A DNA stretch of 52,687 nt from Candidatus Dojkabacteria bacterium (GCA_030950485.1 JAUZRK010000018.1:1-52687); one strand, 5' to 3'. Shown: positions 1 to 9,100, counted from the first letter of the stretch. The notes: generated by a model from the sequence alone, not told the origin. Numbers and translations are program-made.

Positions 1-76
1 ACCACGGGTGCAGAACCGTGCAGGAAGTGTGTTATTAAAACAACCAGGACGCATGCTGCGTCCCTACGCATACGAC
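1..76 (+). repeat. GC-rich structured intergenic repeat (family 1), copy A, 5' end cut by the window edge
   Basis: accacgggtgcagaaccgtgcagg...caggacgcatgctgcgtccctacgc aligns almost base for base with 2433-2506 and more loosely with 5130-5201 and 9700-9766. Contains the hairpin ggacgca/tgcgtcc. Much more GC-rich than the flanks. Confidence 0.75.
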
Positions 77-116
77 GAGACAGAAAAGCATATTTTTTTT
101 AAAATTAAACAACAAA

Positions 117-180
117 GCGTAGTGGGTCGTTAGCCATGCGACCACGGATGCAGAACCGTGCAGGCAGTGAATTAAACACC
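117..180 (+). repeat. GC-rich structured intergenic repeat (family 1), copy B, 3'-truncated
   Basis: gcgtagtgggtcgttagccatgcgaccacggatgcagaaccgtgcagg matches the 5' half of copies C, D and E, including the hairpin gtggtcg/cgaccac. It lies in tandem about 40 nt after copy A and stops where the nth 3' end begins. Confidence 0.7.
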
Positions 181-861
181 ATAAACATCCTTCCAAAATG
201 TATACTGTTCTATCTTAGGATTTTCCGCTGTATTAATTTCTCTTCCATGAAAGATAAATCTTAGGCTTAGATCATTCCACTCCTCTCTTGGAAATAGTTT
301 CATTAAATCCTGTTCAACTTTTACAGGATCCTTTGACTTTGTAAATCCAAGCATTCTAGAGACTCTTAAAACATGAGTATCAACTACGAAACCAACCGGT
401 AATATACTACCTCTTTCTACAGTATTATATAAATCTGATTTTGAATCATCATGATAAGGTTTTTTCGCATACCATTCTGAAATAACAACATTAGCAACTT
501 TTCTTCCAACTCCTGGGAATTTTAATAGTTCATCCATTTGGTGTGGGACTTTCGAATTATAATCATAGTGTAGCATATCAGCCGCTCCAATGATCCTTGA
601 AGATTTTGTCTTATTGTAATTGACAGATCTAATTATTTCTAATACCTCTTCTCTATCTGCAGACGCTAAATCTAATGGTCTAGGATAAGTCTTAAAAAGA
701 GAAGGTGTTACTTTGTTAGTTGTATCATCTGGTGTCTGCGGAGATAAAATAGTAGCAATTAATATCTCATATGCGTTGTTGTGAATTAAAGGAGTATCAA
801 CTCTAGGATAATCTTTTTTTAATTGTTGTAAAACAATTTCAGCCTTATCTTTAATCCTCAT
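172..861 (-). CDS. nth: Endonuclease III-like HhH-GPD DNA glycosylase lacking the 4Fe-4S cysteines
   Basis: Helix-hairpin-helix LLKFPGVGRKVANVV with the catalytic Lys, then VVDTHVLRVSRMLGF with the catalytic Asp. The C-terminus FIFHGREINTAENPKIEQYTFWKDVYGV has no Cys where EndoIII has C-x6-C-x2-C-x5-C. Confidence 0.8.
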   Translation of the reverse strand: MRIKDKAEIVLQQLKKDYPRVDTPLIHNNAYEILIATILSPQTPDDTTNKVTPSLFKTYPRPLDLASADREEVLEIIRSVNYNKTKSSRIIGAADMLHYDYNSKVPHQMDELLKFPGVGRKVANVVISEWYAKKPYHDDSKSDLYNTVERGSILPVGFVVDTHVLRVSRMLGFTKSKDPVKVEQDLMKLFPREEWNDLSLRFIFHGREINTAENPKIEQYTFWKDVYGV

Positions 862-1347
862 TTAAACTTTGTAAACGAAAGCTTTATATAAAATGTAGTT
901 TGTAAATATCTTAGTACTTTCCGCAGTTATATTTGCAATATTGGTTGCTAATTTAGAGTTAACATCAAAAAAATTCCCCAGTATATTATGAGTTCCGTAT
1001 AAGAAAGTTGAGAATAATATATTTGAAGCTACTATATTAAATAGATAAACCTGTGCGAATCTTCTCAATTGATGGTTGATATGTTTATCAGAATCCTTAA
1101 AAGCAAATCTAGTATTCAATATAAAACTTACAATTAAACCAGCAGTTGAAGATACTAATTTCGAGAGGTAAATAACGTTAAATATTAATACATCGTCCCC
1201 ATCTAAAACTTTGAACTTCATATAATTTAAAACAATAGAATCTGTGACAAACGCTACGAATCCCATCGCAAGGTAAACTAAAAACCTTCTTGAGATAAAT
1301 GCAGACTTCAAATATTTCCCTTTGTGTTTTATATTCTTTTTTATCAT
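862..1347 (-). CDS. GtrA-like small polytopic membrane protein
   Basis: 161 aa with about 4 predicted TM helices and an N-terminal basic segment SRRFLVYLAMGFVAFVTDSIV typical of GtrA-family proteins. Its stop abuts the nth start. Confidence 0.45.
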   Translation of the reverse strand: MIKKNIKHKGKYLKSAFISRRFLVYLAMGFVAFVTDSIVLNYMKFKVLDGDDVLIFNVIYLSKLVSSTAGLIVSFILNTRFAFKDSDKHINHQLRRFAQVYLFNIVASNILFSTFLYGTHNILGNFFDVNSKLATNIANITAESTKIFTNYILYKAFVYKV

Positions 1348-1406
1348 AAAATCAGTTAAACTTTATCATATATTAATAACTGAAACTAGGAATAGAAAAT
1401 AAATAG

Positions 1407-1874
1407 ATGGAAGAAAATAAGCAAAAGTTATATCAGTTCTTGAATAATCAAAATATATTTTCTATATCAACTGTAGATGAAAATAACTCTCCTTGGATTT
1501 GTACAGTTTACTGCGCAGTAGATGAGAACTTAAACCTATACTTTATGTCTCCCTTAGATACTGATCATTCAAAGCATATACTAAGAACTGGAGAGATAGC
1601 ATTCTCTACAGCATGGAGTAATCCTAATGATTTATCTAATAGAAAAGGGATACAAGGAAAAGCAAATGTTGAAATAATAGAAGAAATCAATGATTCATTA
1701 GAAGGATATAGTTTGATTTACAAGAAATTCTCTAACTGGGAAGGTTAAATTACTGTTGAAAGATTAAAACAAGAAAGCTCTGAATCCAAACTTCATAAAA
1801 TAACTCCAAGTTATATTAAGTTTTGGAATGATGAATTATTTGGGGAAGAAGGGACTATGGAATTTAAATTTTAG
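1407..1874 (+). CDS. PNPOx/general-stress-26-like FMN-binding split-barrel protein, interrupted by an in-frame TAA at 1746-1748
   Basis: IFSISTVDENNSPWICTVYCAVDENLNLYFMSPLDTDHSKHI matches the PNPOx-like pattern. After the TAA the same frame stays open for 41 codons (ITVERLKQESSESKLHKITPSYIKFWNDELFGEEGTMEFKF) to the TAG at 1872-1874, which looks like the normal C-terminal strands of the fold. Confidence 0.6.
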
Positions 1875-2137
1875 CCGATTATCTTTCTTACAAAGTTACC
1901 GAATTTGGATATTAAACCTGTTTGACTTCTCTTAATAGATTCAAGATCAACTGATAAAACATTAATTTTTTCTGTAGCTTCTTCTAGCTCAATCACTAAA
2001 CTATCTTTCTGAGTATTCAATTCTTTTACCTGCTCTTCTAAACTAATGTTTAAAGACTTTAGTCTATTTACATCATTTAAAAGCATTTGATTTTGTTGTT
2101 TAAGTGACTCTATTTTTGTATTAAAATCTTCACTCAT
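1871..2137 (-). CDS. Small coiled-coil protein, function unknown
   Basis: 88 aa with a heptad-like Leu/Glu/Lys/Gln-rich sequence (LKQQNQMLLNDVNRLKSLNISLEEQVKELNTQKDSL) and no TM segment. Confidence 0.5.
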   Translation of the reverse strand: MSEDFNTKIESLKQQNQMLLNDVNRLKSLNISLEEQVKELNTQKDSLVIELEEATEKINVLSVDLESIKRSQTGLISKFGNFVRKIIG

Positions 2138-2254
2138 AGTATTAGATTAGTTTAAGTTTTCTAATAATGTTTTTATATCAACTACACGTAGACACGATTT
2201 TACATCAATTTTATTGTATAGCCTAATTTCATTTTTATCATTAACCCAAGCTAA

Positions 2255-2397
2255 GTGAAGTGTCTTGAAATGATCTCCGGTGTTATCTCTGAATCACGCT
2301 TTGCTGTTCAGAGATTCAGAGCTTTGTTGACTGTGCCCGCCTCTCGATACAATTTACTCCCTATAGGTCGTAAATCACTCGAGACTGCACGGAGTGT
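2255..2397. other. GC-enriched structured non-coding segment adjoining repeat copy C
   Basis: Hairpin ctctgaatc(2287-2295)/gattcagag(2313-2321), with an alternative pairing tctctgaa/ttcagaga. Nested pairing gtgc..tctcga...tcgaga..gcac spans about 2333-2392. The 63-aa ORF called here runs through repeat sequence and has no coding character. Confidence 0.4.
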
Positions 2398-2518
2398 TAA
2401 AACATCACAGCGTAGTGGTCGTCAGTCATGCGACCACGGGTGCTGAACCACGTGTGCAGGTATTGTATTTTAGAACAACCGGGACGCATACTGCGTCCCT
2501 ACGCGGTGGTGTTTAATC
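2398..2518 (+). repeat. GC-rich structured intergenic repeat (family 1), copy C, full length
   Basis: Closing stem aaacatcacagcgtag (5') pairs with ctacgcggtggtgttt (3'). Internal hairpins are gtggtcg/cgaccac and gggacgca/tgcgtccc. Confidence 0.8.
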
Positions 2519-2551
2519 ATTATGCTACATGCTTGAACCAACTATTTGAAA

Positions 2552-4999
2552 TTAAATTTGGTGTGATTTATTATAGAAGAATTTGATAGTTTCAATTGTT
2601 ACAAGTCCTACTAAGCTTGAAATCGCAATTATTATTACATCATTACTTTCAAGTGGCGTTGTACTTAAAATTCTATTAAATAAGCCTGTATAAATAGCTA
2701 GAAATATTGTAATAAAGCTAACGATAGCAGATAGGTTAAGATATTTATTATTAAAAATATTCTCTTTCCAGATATTTGAATCGATTGTTTTCCAAGAGAA
2801 GATAAATAATGTTGATGTGACAGAAATGAGTCCGAGCATTAAAGTCTGGGCTCTAACTAGGCTGTATCCATTATCTATTAAATAAGCAAAAATTATAAAG
2901 AATCCTACGTCCTTTATAAGTGAAACTGTAAGTAATATTTTAAATAGATTTCTGCCTAAAAATGAGCCAGTCGGTTTATTTTTCTTATCTAATAAATCAT
3001 GTTTAGATTTATCAAATCCAATTGCTATTCCTGGAAAAGAATCCTCTAGTAGGTTAATCCAAAGTAAATGTACCGGTAAAAGTGGAAGTGGGTATCCAAA
3101 TATTAAACTTAAAAAAATTATGACCGTTTCTGAAAGGCTATCTCCAAATAAAAGCATGCTTATCTTTCTTGAGTTTTTAAATATGTTTCTACCCTCCTCT
3201 ATTGCATCAACAATAGTTTGAAAATTTGAATCTAAAAGTACTATATCAGAAACCTCTTTAGATACGTCAGTAGCAGTATCTACACTTATTCCAATTTGTG
3301 CATTCTTTAGCGCCGGCGCGTCATTTACTCCATCCCCCATCATAGCAACAGAAAGCCCATCTCTTTTCAAACTGTTTACTATTCTTAATTTTTGATCAGG
3401 AGTTGTTCGATAAAATAATCTAACTCTTTTTATAACTTCGCTTAAATTTTTATCTGATTTTATTAATGCTAGTTCTTTCCCGGATATTATTTCATCTTCG
3501 TGAAGATCCAAGCCAACCTGATTTAAAACATGTAAAGTAGTTTCCTTTAGATCTCCTGTAATTACTTTTAAATCAATTCCTGAATTATCAATTAACGCTA
3601 ATGATTTCTTAGCAGATTCTCGAACTGGATCATCTATAAAAGCAAGTCCTATAAAATTTAGATCTTTAATATCTTTTCGACTAACAACTTTGGATGACTT
3701 CTCTTTATAAGCTAAGGCTATTATTCTCTTACCTAATAATGACTGCTCTTTTATTATTTCCCCCCACTTACTATCTGCATTAATAGATCTTTCTAATATA
3801 ATTTCAGCAGCTCCTACAACGTAAATATTATTTAAATCAGTTGTTGCAGTATATTTAACAGATGATGCGAAAGGGAATATCTGTTCTTTTTTATCTCTAA
3901 TACTATTCCATTTGTCCTCATTATTATCTTTAAGAAAGTACTCTTTTAATGCATTATCAACAAGATTTGATTCATTATTACAAAGAGCAATAATATTAAG
4001 GGCTATTTTATTATTATTAAAATCAGTATCTATAATTGACATTTTTCCATGTGTCAGTGTTCCTGTTTTATCTATACAGAGAACATCAACAGACCCAAGA
4101 GTCTCTGCTGCTGGAAGATTTTTTACAATTGCATTTTTTTTCATTATCCTATTCATTCCAAGCGCTAGAATCACAGTAAATGAGATTATTAATCCTTCAG
4201 GAATTGTGCTTACTCCAAGAGCTACAGAAGTTAAAAGTATTTCTTTAAACTCTAAACCTCTCACTATTCCTAATATTAATATTATTATTGTAACGACGGC
4301 TATTAATGCTGTTATGTAGCTAGTTATTTGAGCAAGCTTCTTTTTTGTAGGTGTTTCAGGATCTATATTTATATCTATCGACTCTGCAATTTTTCCAAAA
4401 ACAGTTCTCTCCCCAGTATCAATTATCTTTGCAAAACCAAGCCCGTTTGTTATAACAGTTCCCATTAATATCTTACTCTCATTGTTTACGTATCTTAAAT
4501 CATTAGGCTCTTCTCCTTTGTAATAATGTTTATTTACAGCTGCTGATTCGCCAGTTATTATTGCTTCATTAACTAAGAGTTCAGTTCCTTCTAAAATATA
4601 GCCATCTCCTGGAATTTTTAATCCAGGTTCTAATGGAATAATGTCTCCGGGAACTAGTTCCTCAGAATTTATTGATAGTTTAGTTCCCTCTCTTATTACT
4701 TTTACGTAATTGCCGATGTTTGATCTTAGTGCGCTAAGGGTATTCTCTGCTCTATACTCTTGAATAAATCCAAGCATTGTATTTATTAAGACAACAACTA
4801 ATATAAAAATTGCATCTCGAATTTCATCGACTGCAAGAGAAAGAATCGATGTGAAGACTAGGATGTATATAAGGGGGCTTTTGATTTGTTTTATAAATAC
4901 ATCAAACGCAGTAGTTTTATTTCGGGTAGTTAGGATATTTTTTCCGTAAATTTCTAGTCTCTTTTTTGCTTCTTCTAAGCTTAGTCCTTTGTATTTCAT
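2552..4999 (-). CDS. P-type cation-transporting ATPase (type II, Ca2+/Mg2+-like)
   Basis: Motifs TGES (ITGESAAV), PEGL (STIPEGLIIS), DKTGTLT, TGD (VITGDLKETT) and GDGVNDAPAL. The likely start is the ATG at 4999 (MKYKGLSLEEAKKRLEIYGKN). The ORF-track extension to 5134 runs through repeat copies D' and D. Confidence 0.9.
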   Translation of the reverse strand: MKYKGLSLEEAKKRLEIYGKNILTTRNKTTAFDVFIKQIKSPLIYILVFTSILSLAVDEIRDAIFILVVVLINTMLGFIQEYRAENTLSALRSNIGNYVKVIREGTKLSINSEELVPGDIIPLEPGLKIPGDGYILEGTELLVNEAIITGESAAVNKHYYKGEEPNDLRYVNNESKILMGTVITNGLGFAKIIDTGERTVFGKIAESIDINIDPETPTKKKLAQITSYITALIAVVTIIILILGIVRGLEFKEILLTSVALGVSTIPEGLIISFTVILALGMNRIMKKNAIVKNLPAAETLGSVDVLCIDKTGTLTHGKMSIIDTDFNNNKIALNIIALCNNESNLVDNALKEYFLKDNNEDKWNSIRDKKEQIFPFASSVKYTATTDLNNIYVVGAAEIILERSINADSKWGEIIKEQSLLGKRIIALAYKEKSSKVVSRKDIKDLNFIGLAFIDDPVRESAKKSLALIDNSGIDLKVITGDLKETTLHVLNQVGLDLHEDEIISGKELALIKSDKNLSEVIKRVRLFYRTTPDQKLRIVNSLKRDGLSVAMMGDGVNDAPALKNAQIGISVDTATDVSKEVSDIVLLDSNFQTIVDAIEEGRNIFKNSRKISMLLFGDSLSETVIIFLSLIFGYPLPLLPVHLLWINLLEDSFPGIAIGFDKSKHDLLDKKNKPTGSFLGRNLFKILLTVSLIKDVGFFIIFAYLIDNGYSLVRAQTLMLGLISVTSTLFIFSWKTIDSNIWKENIFNNKYLNLSAIVSFITIFLAIYTGLFNRILSTTPLESNDVIIIAISSLVGLVTIETIKFFYNKSHQI

Positions 5000-5042
5000 A
5001 TTTTTTATTATATAGAGATTTTTAGGGAGTGTCATCTTACAA

Positions 5043-5092
5043 GGTGACTGGATGTAAAGCAGAGTGTAAAGTTGTACAACCCTGCATCGGTG
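5043..5092 (+). repeat. Partial family-1 repeat (variant middle module), copy D'
   Basis: ggtgactggatgtaaagcagagtgtaaagttgtacaaccc is near-identical to the interior of copy E (9702-9738, gttgactggatgtaaagcagagtgtgaagttaaacaccc). Confidence 0.7.
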
Positions 5093-5103
5093 GTATATAA
5101 AAT

Positions 5104-5203
5104 CGCAGCGTAGAGGTCGCAGATCTGCGACCATGGGGCCTGGATAACAAGCACATGGTTTTAAGATTATACATCCAGGACGAATGTTGCACCCTACGCT
5201 GAG
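5104..5203 (+). repeat. GC-rich structured intergenic repeat (family 1), copy D (diverged)
   Basis: cagcgtagaggtcgcagatctgcgaccatgg ... cctggat/atccagg hairpin ... ccctacgctg. Same outer stem and first hairpin as copies C and E. Sits between the divergent ATPase and uvrB genes. Confidence 0.7.
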
Positions 5204-5243
5204 ATCTTTCGGGTTTTGGGAGAGAATGAGTTATAATCTATTT

Positions 5244-6479
5244 ATGGATTTTAAACTACACTCGAAATACAAACCTTCTGGAGATCAGCCGCAAGCAATT
5301 GATCTAATATCTAAAGGGATAGAAGCAGGTATTGAACATCAAACAGTCGTTGGAGCTACAGGAACTGGAAAAACTTTTACAGTCGCTAATATTATAGAGA
5401 AATTTAATAGACCGACAATAATAATCTCCCACAATAAAACTCTAGCAGCTCAACTTTTTTCTGAGTTTACTGAGTTCTTTCCAGAAAATGAAGTAGCTTA
5501 TTTTGTAAGTTATTACGATTACTATCAGCCTGAAGCTTACGTTCCCAGCAGAGACTTATATATTGAAAAAGATTCTGATATAAATGAAACAATAGAAAAA
5601 TATAGAAATACAGCAACCCAAGCGCTACTTTCTAGAAGAGATGTAATCATTGTAGCCTCTGTAAGTTGTATATACGGTCTTGGAAATCCAAGCGATTATA
5701 TTGAGCTTAGTTTAAAACTTAAAGTTGGAGATATTGTAAATAGAGATAAGCTTTCCCATAAGCTAATAGATATGCAATATGAACGAAGAATACATGATTT
5801 CCCAAATGGAAGTTATAGAGTTAGAGGAGAAATTATTGATATAAATTTAACTACTGCAAATGATGAAGCAGTAAGATTAGAATTTTTTGGCGAAGAAATT
5901 GAAGCGATAAAACTAATTAATCCAATTAGTGGGGAACTAATACAGCGTGTACCTGAAATATTGATTTTCCCAGCGAAACACTACGCTACTCCCCAGGAAA
6001 AATTAAAAGGAGCTATTGAGGAAATAAGAACTGATTTAGAAAAAGAAGTTAAAGCTTTTAGTGATAAAGGGCAAGATATGGAAGCCAATAGGCTTAGACA
6101 GAGGGTGAACTTTGATTTAGAAATGTTACAGGAAACTGGTTTTACAAAAGGTATTGAAAACTATTCAAGATATTTTGATAAAAGACCTCCAGGTTCATCA
6201 GGATCTTGTTTATTAGATTATTTTCCGGATGATTATCTAATGTTTATTGACGAGTCTCATATTACAGTTCCACAAGTTGGAGGTATGTATAGCGGAGATA
6301 GGGCTAGAAAGCAAAATCTTGTTGACTACGGTTTTCGATTAAAGGCAGCTATGGATAATAGACCTCTAAAGTTTGAAGAATTCCAAAAAAGAATTAATCA
6401 GGCAGTTTATTTGTCCGCAACTCCAAAAGAATACGAACTAGAAATTAGTAAGAAATCTACAAAAAAAGCACTCTCTTAG
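5244..6479 (+). pseudogene. uvrB: Excinuclease ABC subunit B, 3'-truncated (N-terminal two thirds only)
   Basis: KPSGDQPQAI, Walker A GATGTGKTF, YYDYYQPEAY, and DESH (FIDESHITVPQ) through LSATPKEYELE. It then ends at a TAG after about 411 aa from the 5244 start. Helicase domain 2 (motifs IV-VI) and the UvrC-binding C-terminus are absent. The next ORF is unrelated. Confidence 0.85.
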
Positions 6480-6508
6480 GAACAATTCTTTACGAAAAAA
6501 CAGATCTA

Positions 6509-7060
6509 ATGCTATTATTCAGAACAAATAATACGATAGATATGAGTCAAGTTGAGATATCAGAAATAGATTACGCAGGAGATTTTCTATCTGATACTTT
6601 AGTAAATCCAAGTTATGAAGCCTTGGCAGAGGTAGCTGAGATGGAGATAATGCCGGATGTAATAGTTGAGCGTGATGGTAATACAATTCCATTTGATACA
6701 CTAAAACAGATGGGAGTAATTGCATTAAGACAAGCAAAAGATCTAATATTGATTAGTGAACAGACTCAACACCTTTATACTTATAGGGGAGATACAGTAA
6801 AAGTCTTTAACACTAGCGATTCTGAAACACTTACAGCAATTGAAGATTGCCTTGATAACCCAGACTCCTGGAAAGTTTTTTTTAGAAGAACAAAAGAAGG
6901 AAAGTTAAATAGTATTGATTTTATTAGTGATAAAGAGCCATTAAGCATAAGGCTGTATTTACAATATCCACCTAAGAGCTCAAAATATAAAAGTAACGAT
7001 TATATTTATCTGATGCCTAGTTCGGTAAGTATTAAAATTTATGAAGAAAGAGAGGCTTAG
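6509..7060 (+). CDS. Hypothetical acidic protein occupying the position of the missing uvrB 3' part
   Basis: 183-aa ORF with ordinary coding composition and no motif I recognise. Followed by a strong hairpin terminator. Confidence 0.4.
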   Translation: MLLFRTNNTIDMSQVEISEIDYAGDFLSDTLVNPSYEALAEVAEMEIMPDVIVERDGNTIPFDTLKQMGVIALRQAKDLILISEQTQHLYTYRGDTVKVFNTSDSETLTAIEDCLDNPDSWKVFFRRTKEGKLNSIDFISDKEPLSIRLYLQYPPKSSKYKSNDYIYLMPSSVSIKIYEEREA

Positions 7061-7079
7061 TAATAAACTAAGCCTCTCT
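7049..7079. terminator. Bidirectional intrinsic terminator between convergent genes
   Basis: agagaggcttag / taataaa / ctaagcctctct: a perfect 12-bp stem with A/T-rich flanks on both sides. The 5' arm contains the TAG stop of 6509..7060. Confidence 0.75.
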
Positions 7080-7090
7080 TTATATTTTAA

Positions 7091-9010
7091 TTAAACCAAA
7101 ACTCCCTTAATTCTTCTCAATCCTGATCCAATATTCTCCTGTTTCTTTATCTTGAATTTCTTTCCGCCTTCTCCAATTACAGATGTATTATCAACATGTG
7201 GTCCTCCGCAGAACTCTTTAGAGAAAGCATCCTCAACAGAATCACCAATTACATAAACTGAAACAATATCAGGATATTTTTGACCAAATTCCATCTCTGC
7301 TCCTACTTTCTCAGCATCTGCTTTTGGCATTTCTACTCTTTCTACTTTTAATCCATCTTCTATTTTTTCATTTACAATTTTTTCTACTTCTTCAACTTGT
7401 TCAGGTGTTAACTTTGAATCGTAAGAAAAATCTATTCTTAGTCTTTCTCCAGTAATATTACTACCCCTTTGTTTAACATCTTCACCAAGAACCATCTGAA
7501 GAGCCTTTAATAATAGGTGATGAGTAGTATGCAGTTTTGTAGTTTCGTTTGAACTATCTGCTAATCCACCTTTGAATTTTCCCTCAGCGCCTGCTCTACT
7601 TGCAGCTTTGTGTTCTTCTTGTTTAAGATTAAATTCTTTAGTAATTTTTTCTACTTCAGATACTTCAGTGATTCCAAATTCTTCTAAAGACATTTCTAGA
7701 GGAAAACCGTAAGTTTCGTAGATAAAGAAAGCCGTTTCTCCATTTAATTTAAAATTAGAATCATTTTCAATCATCTTTTCTATTTCTTTTACACCCTTGT
7801 CTAAAGTTCTTCTAAACTTTATTTCTTCTTTTTCTATTTCATCGATAATAAATACTTCATTTTCTTTAAGATGAGGATACGATCCTTCCATCTTGCCAAT
7901 AACATCAATTGCTAAGTCCTTCGTGAAATTGTCTTCTATTCCAAGTTTCATTCCGTGTCTAATCATTCTTCTAATTAATCTCCTTAGAATATAACCCTGA
8001 TCTTTACCACTTGGAGCTACTCCATCAGCAAGAATAAAACTTGAAGATCTAGCATGCTCAGCTACAACTCTAAATGACTTTAGATTTTCATCTAAGACTT
8101 CTGGATTATATTTATTTCCAGATAGCATTTCTATTTTATTAAGAATAGGCTCGAACAAATCAGTTTCATAAATAGATCTTTTCCCTTGAGCTGCTGAAAT
8201 AATTCTATCTAAACCTCCTCCATAATCAATATTCTTTTGTTCCATTGGCACCCATTTACCATCATCAGTAAATTTATACTCCATAAATACATTATTACCA
8301 ACCTCAAGATATCTACCTGAATCATCATTAATATGTATAGCTTCATTAGTCTCATAAAGAATGCTTCCCATATCGTAGAATAACTCAGAGCTTGGACCTC
8401 CTAGTTCACCAGGTGTGTCTGGGCCTCTTTGCCACCAGTTATCACTCTTTCCATAAGGAAAGATTCTAAACTCCCAATCTTTTGTAGATGGTTCATCTCC
8501 TTGAGGTACATTTGTTAAATCATCAGAAAATTTAGCTGTTATTCCGTACTCTTTAAATGCTTTAACCCATAGTTCAATCGCTTCATCGTCTCTAGGTATT
8601 TCGTCATTACCTCCCCAAACTGAAACGTAAAGTCTATTAATATCTAATCCAAATTCCTCAACATATAATTTCAACATCCATGGAATTTGTTCTGCTTTTG
8701 TAAAATCACCTAAAGACCAGTTTCCAATCATTTCAAAAAGAACAAGATGGTTATAATCTCCAACTTCATCAATATCTATAGTTCTTATACATCTTTGAAC
8801 ATTAAATAAACGTGTACCTAATGGATGTGGTTCACCTCCTAAATAAGGAACTAATGGGAACATTCCTGAGTTTACAAAAAGTAATGTTGGATCATTTAAA
8901 GGCACTAATGATGCATTAGGAACTTGCTTTGCATTTCTTGGATCACTATTCCAATAATCAATAAATTTTTGACGAATTTGTTCTGAAGTATTTGTTTTTG
9001 AATTTATCAT
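7091..9010 (-). CDS. alaS: Alanine--tRNA ligase, short form without the C-Ala domain
   Basis: N-terminal class II core (FIDYWNS...LVPLNDPTLLFVNSGM...VQRCIRT). Editing-domain zinc motifs HTTHHLL and CGGPHV. 639 aa, ending shortly after the editing domain (GSGLRRIKGVLV). Confidence 0.92.
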   Translation of the reverse strand: MINSKTNTSEQIRQKFIDYWNSDPRNAKQVPNASLVPLNDPTLLFVNSGMFPLVPYLGGEPHPLGTRLFNVQRCIRTIDIDEVGDYNHLVLFEMIGNWSLGDFTKAEQIPWMLKLYVEEFGLDINRLYVSVWGGNDEIPRDDEAIELWVKAFKEYGITAKFSDDLTNVPQGDEPSTKDWEFRIFPYGKSDNWWQRGPDTPGELGGPSSELFYDMGSILYETNEAIHINDDSGRYLEVGNNVFMEYKFTDDGKWVPMEQKNIDYGGGLDRIISAAQGKRSIYETDLFEPILNKIEMLSGNKYNPEVLDENLKSFRVVAEHARSSSFILADGVAPSGKDQGYILRRLIRRMIRHGMKLGIEDNFTKDLAIDVIGKMEGSYPHLKENEVFIIDEIEKEEIKFRRTLDKGVKEIEKMIENDSNFKLNGETAFFIYETYGFPLEMSLEEFGITEVSEVEKITKEFNLKQEEHKAASRAGAEGKFKGGLADSSNETTKLHTTHHLLLKALQMVLGEDVKQRGSNITGERLRIDFSYDSKLTPEQVEEVEKIVNEKIEDGLKVERVEMPKADAEKVGAEMEFGQKYPDIVSVYVIGDSVEDAFSKEFCGGPHVDNTSVIGEGGKKFKIKKQENIGSGLRRIKGVLV

Positions 9011-9048
9011 TTGTAGTAGGTTTAAATATTTAGATTATTTATAATAGT

Positions 9049-9100
9049 TAGAGACTAGAGACTAGAGACTAGAGACTAGAGACTAGAGACTAGAGACTAG
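9049..9100. repeat. Heptanucleotide tandem repeat (tagagac) x7.4
   Basis: Seven perfect units starting at 9049, 9056 ... 9091, plus a partial unit. Lies between the alaS start codon and the four-helix-bundle gene remnant. Confidence 0.95.

Noticed and set aside
862-864. The GtrA-like and nth ORFs are in the same frame, separated only by a TAA (possible tenth readthrough case)
   Set aside because: nth has its own ATG immediately after the stop and both proteins are complete, unrelated domains. Same-frame adjacency has a one-in-three chance.
2255-2446. 63-aa ORF called in the ORF track
   Set aside because: It runs through the structured region and family-1 repeat copy C. Its composition (Arg/Ser/Cys-rich, GC-rich) is unlike genuine genes here. 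It is best explained as a chance open frame in repeat DNA.
2398-2518. Hammerhead-type self-cleaving ribozyme in the family-1 repeat (CUGACGA on the minus strand)
   Set aside because: Only the CUGANGA half-motif is present. No GAAA element or matching three-stem junction follows it in any copy.
5000-5243. N-terminal extensions of the ATPase (to 5134) and uvrB (from 5184) ORFs
   Set aside because: Both extensions translate repeat copies D' and D. Conserved protein sequence and plausible ATG starts begin at 4999 and 5244 respectively.
6480-6540. SEQIIR peptide in an alternative frame after the uvrB stop as proof of a frameshifted but complete uvrB
   Set aside because: It is only a 5-6 residue match followed immediately by stops. 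No further UvrB-like sequence (RPTGLLDP, helicase motifs IV-VI) appears in any frame up to the terminator at 7049.
9049-9100. Tandem repeats as a possible CRISPR array
   Set aside because: The units are contiguous 7-mers with no spacers. No repeat-spacer architecture or cas genes occur anywhere in the window.
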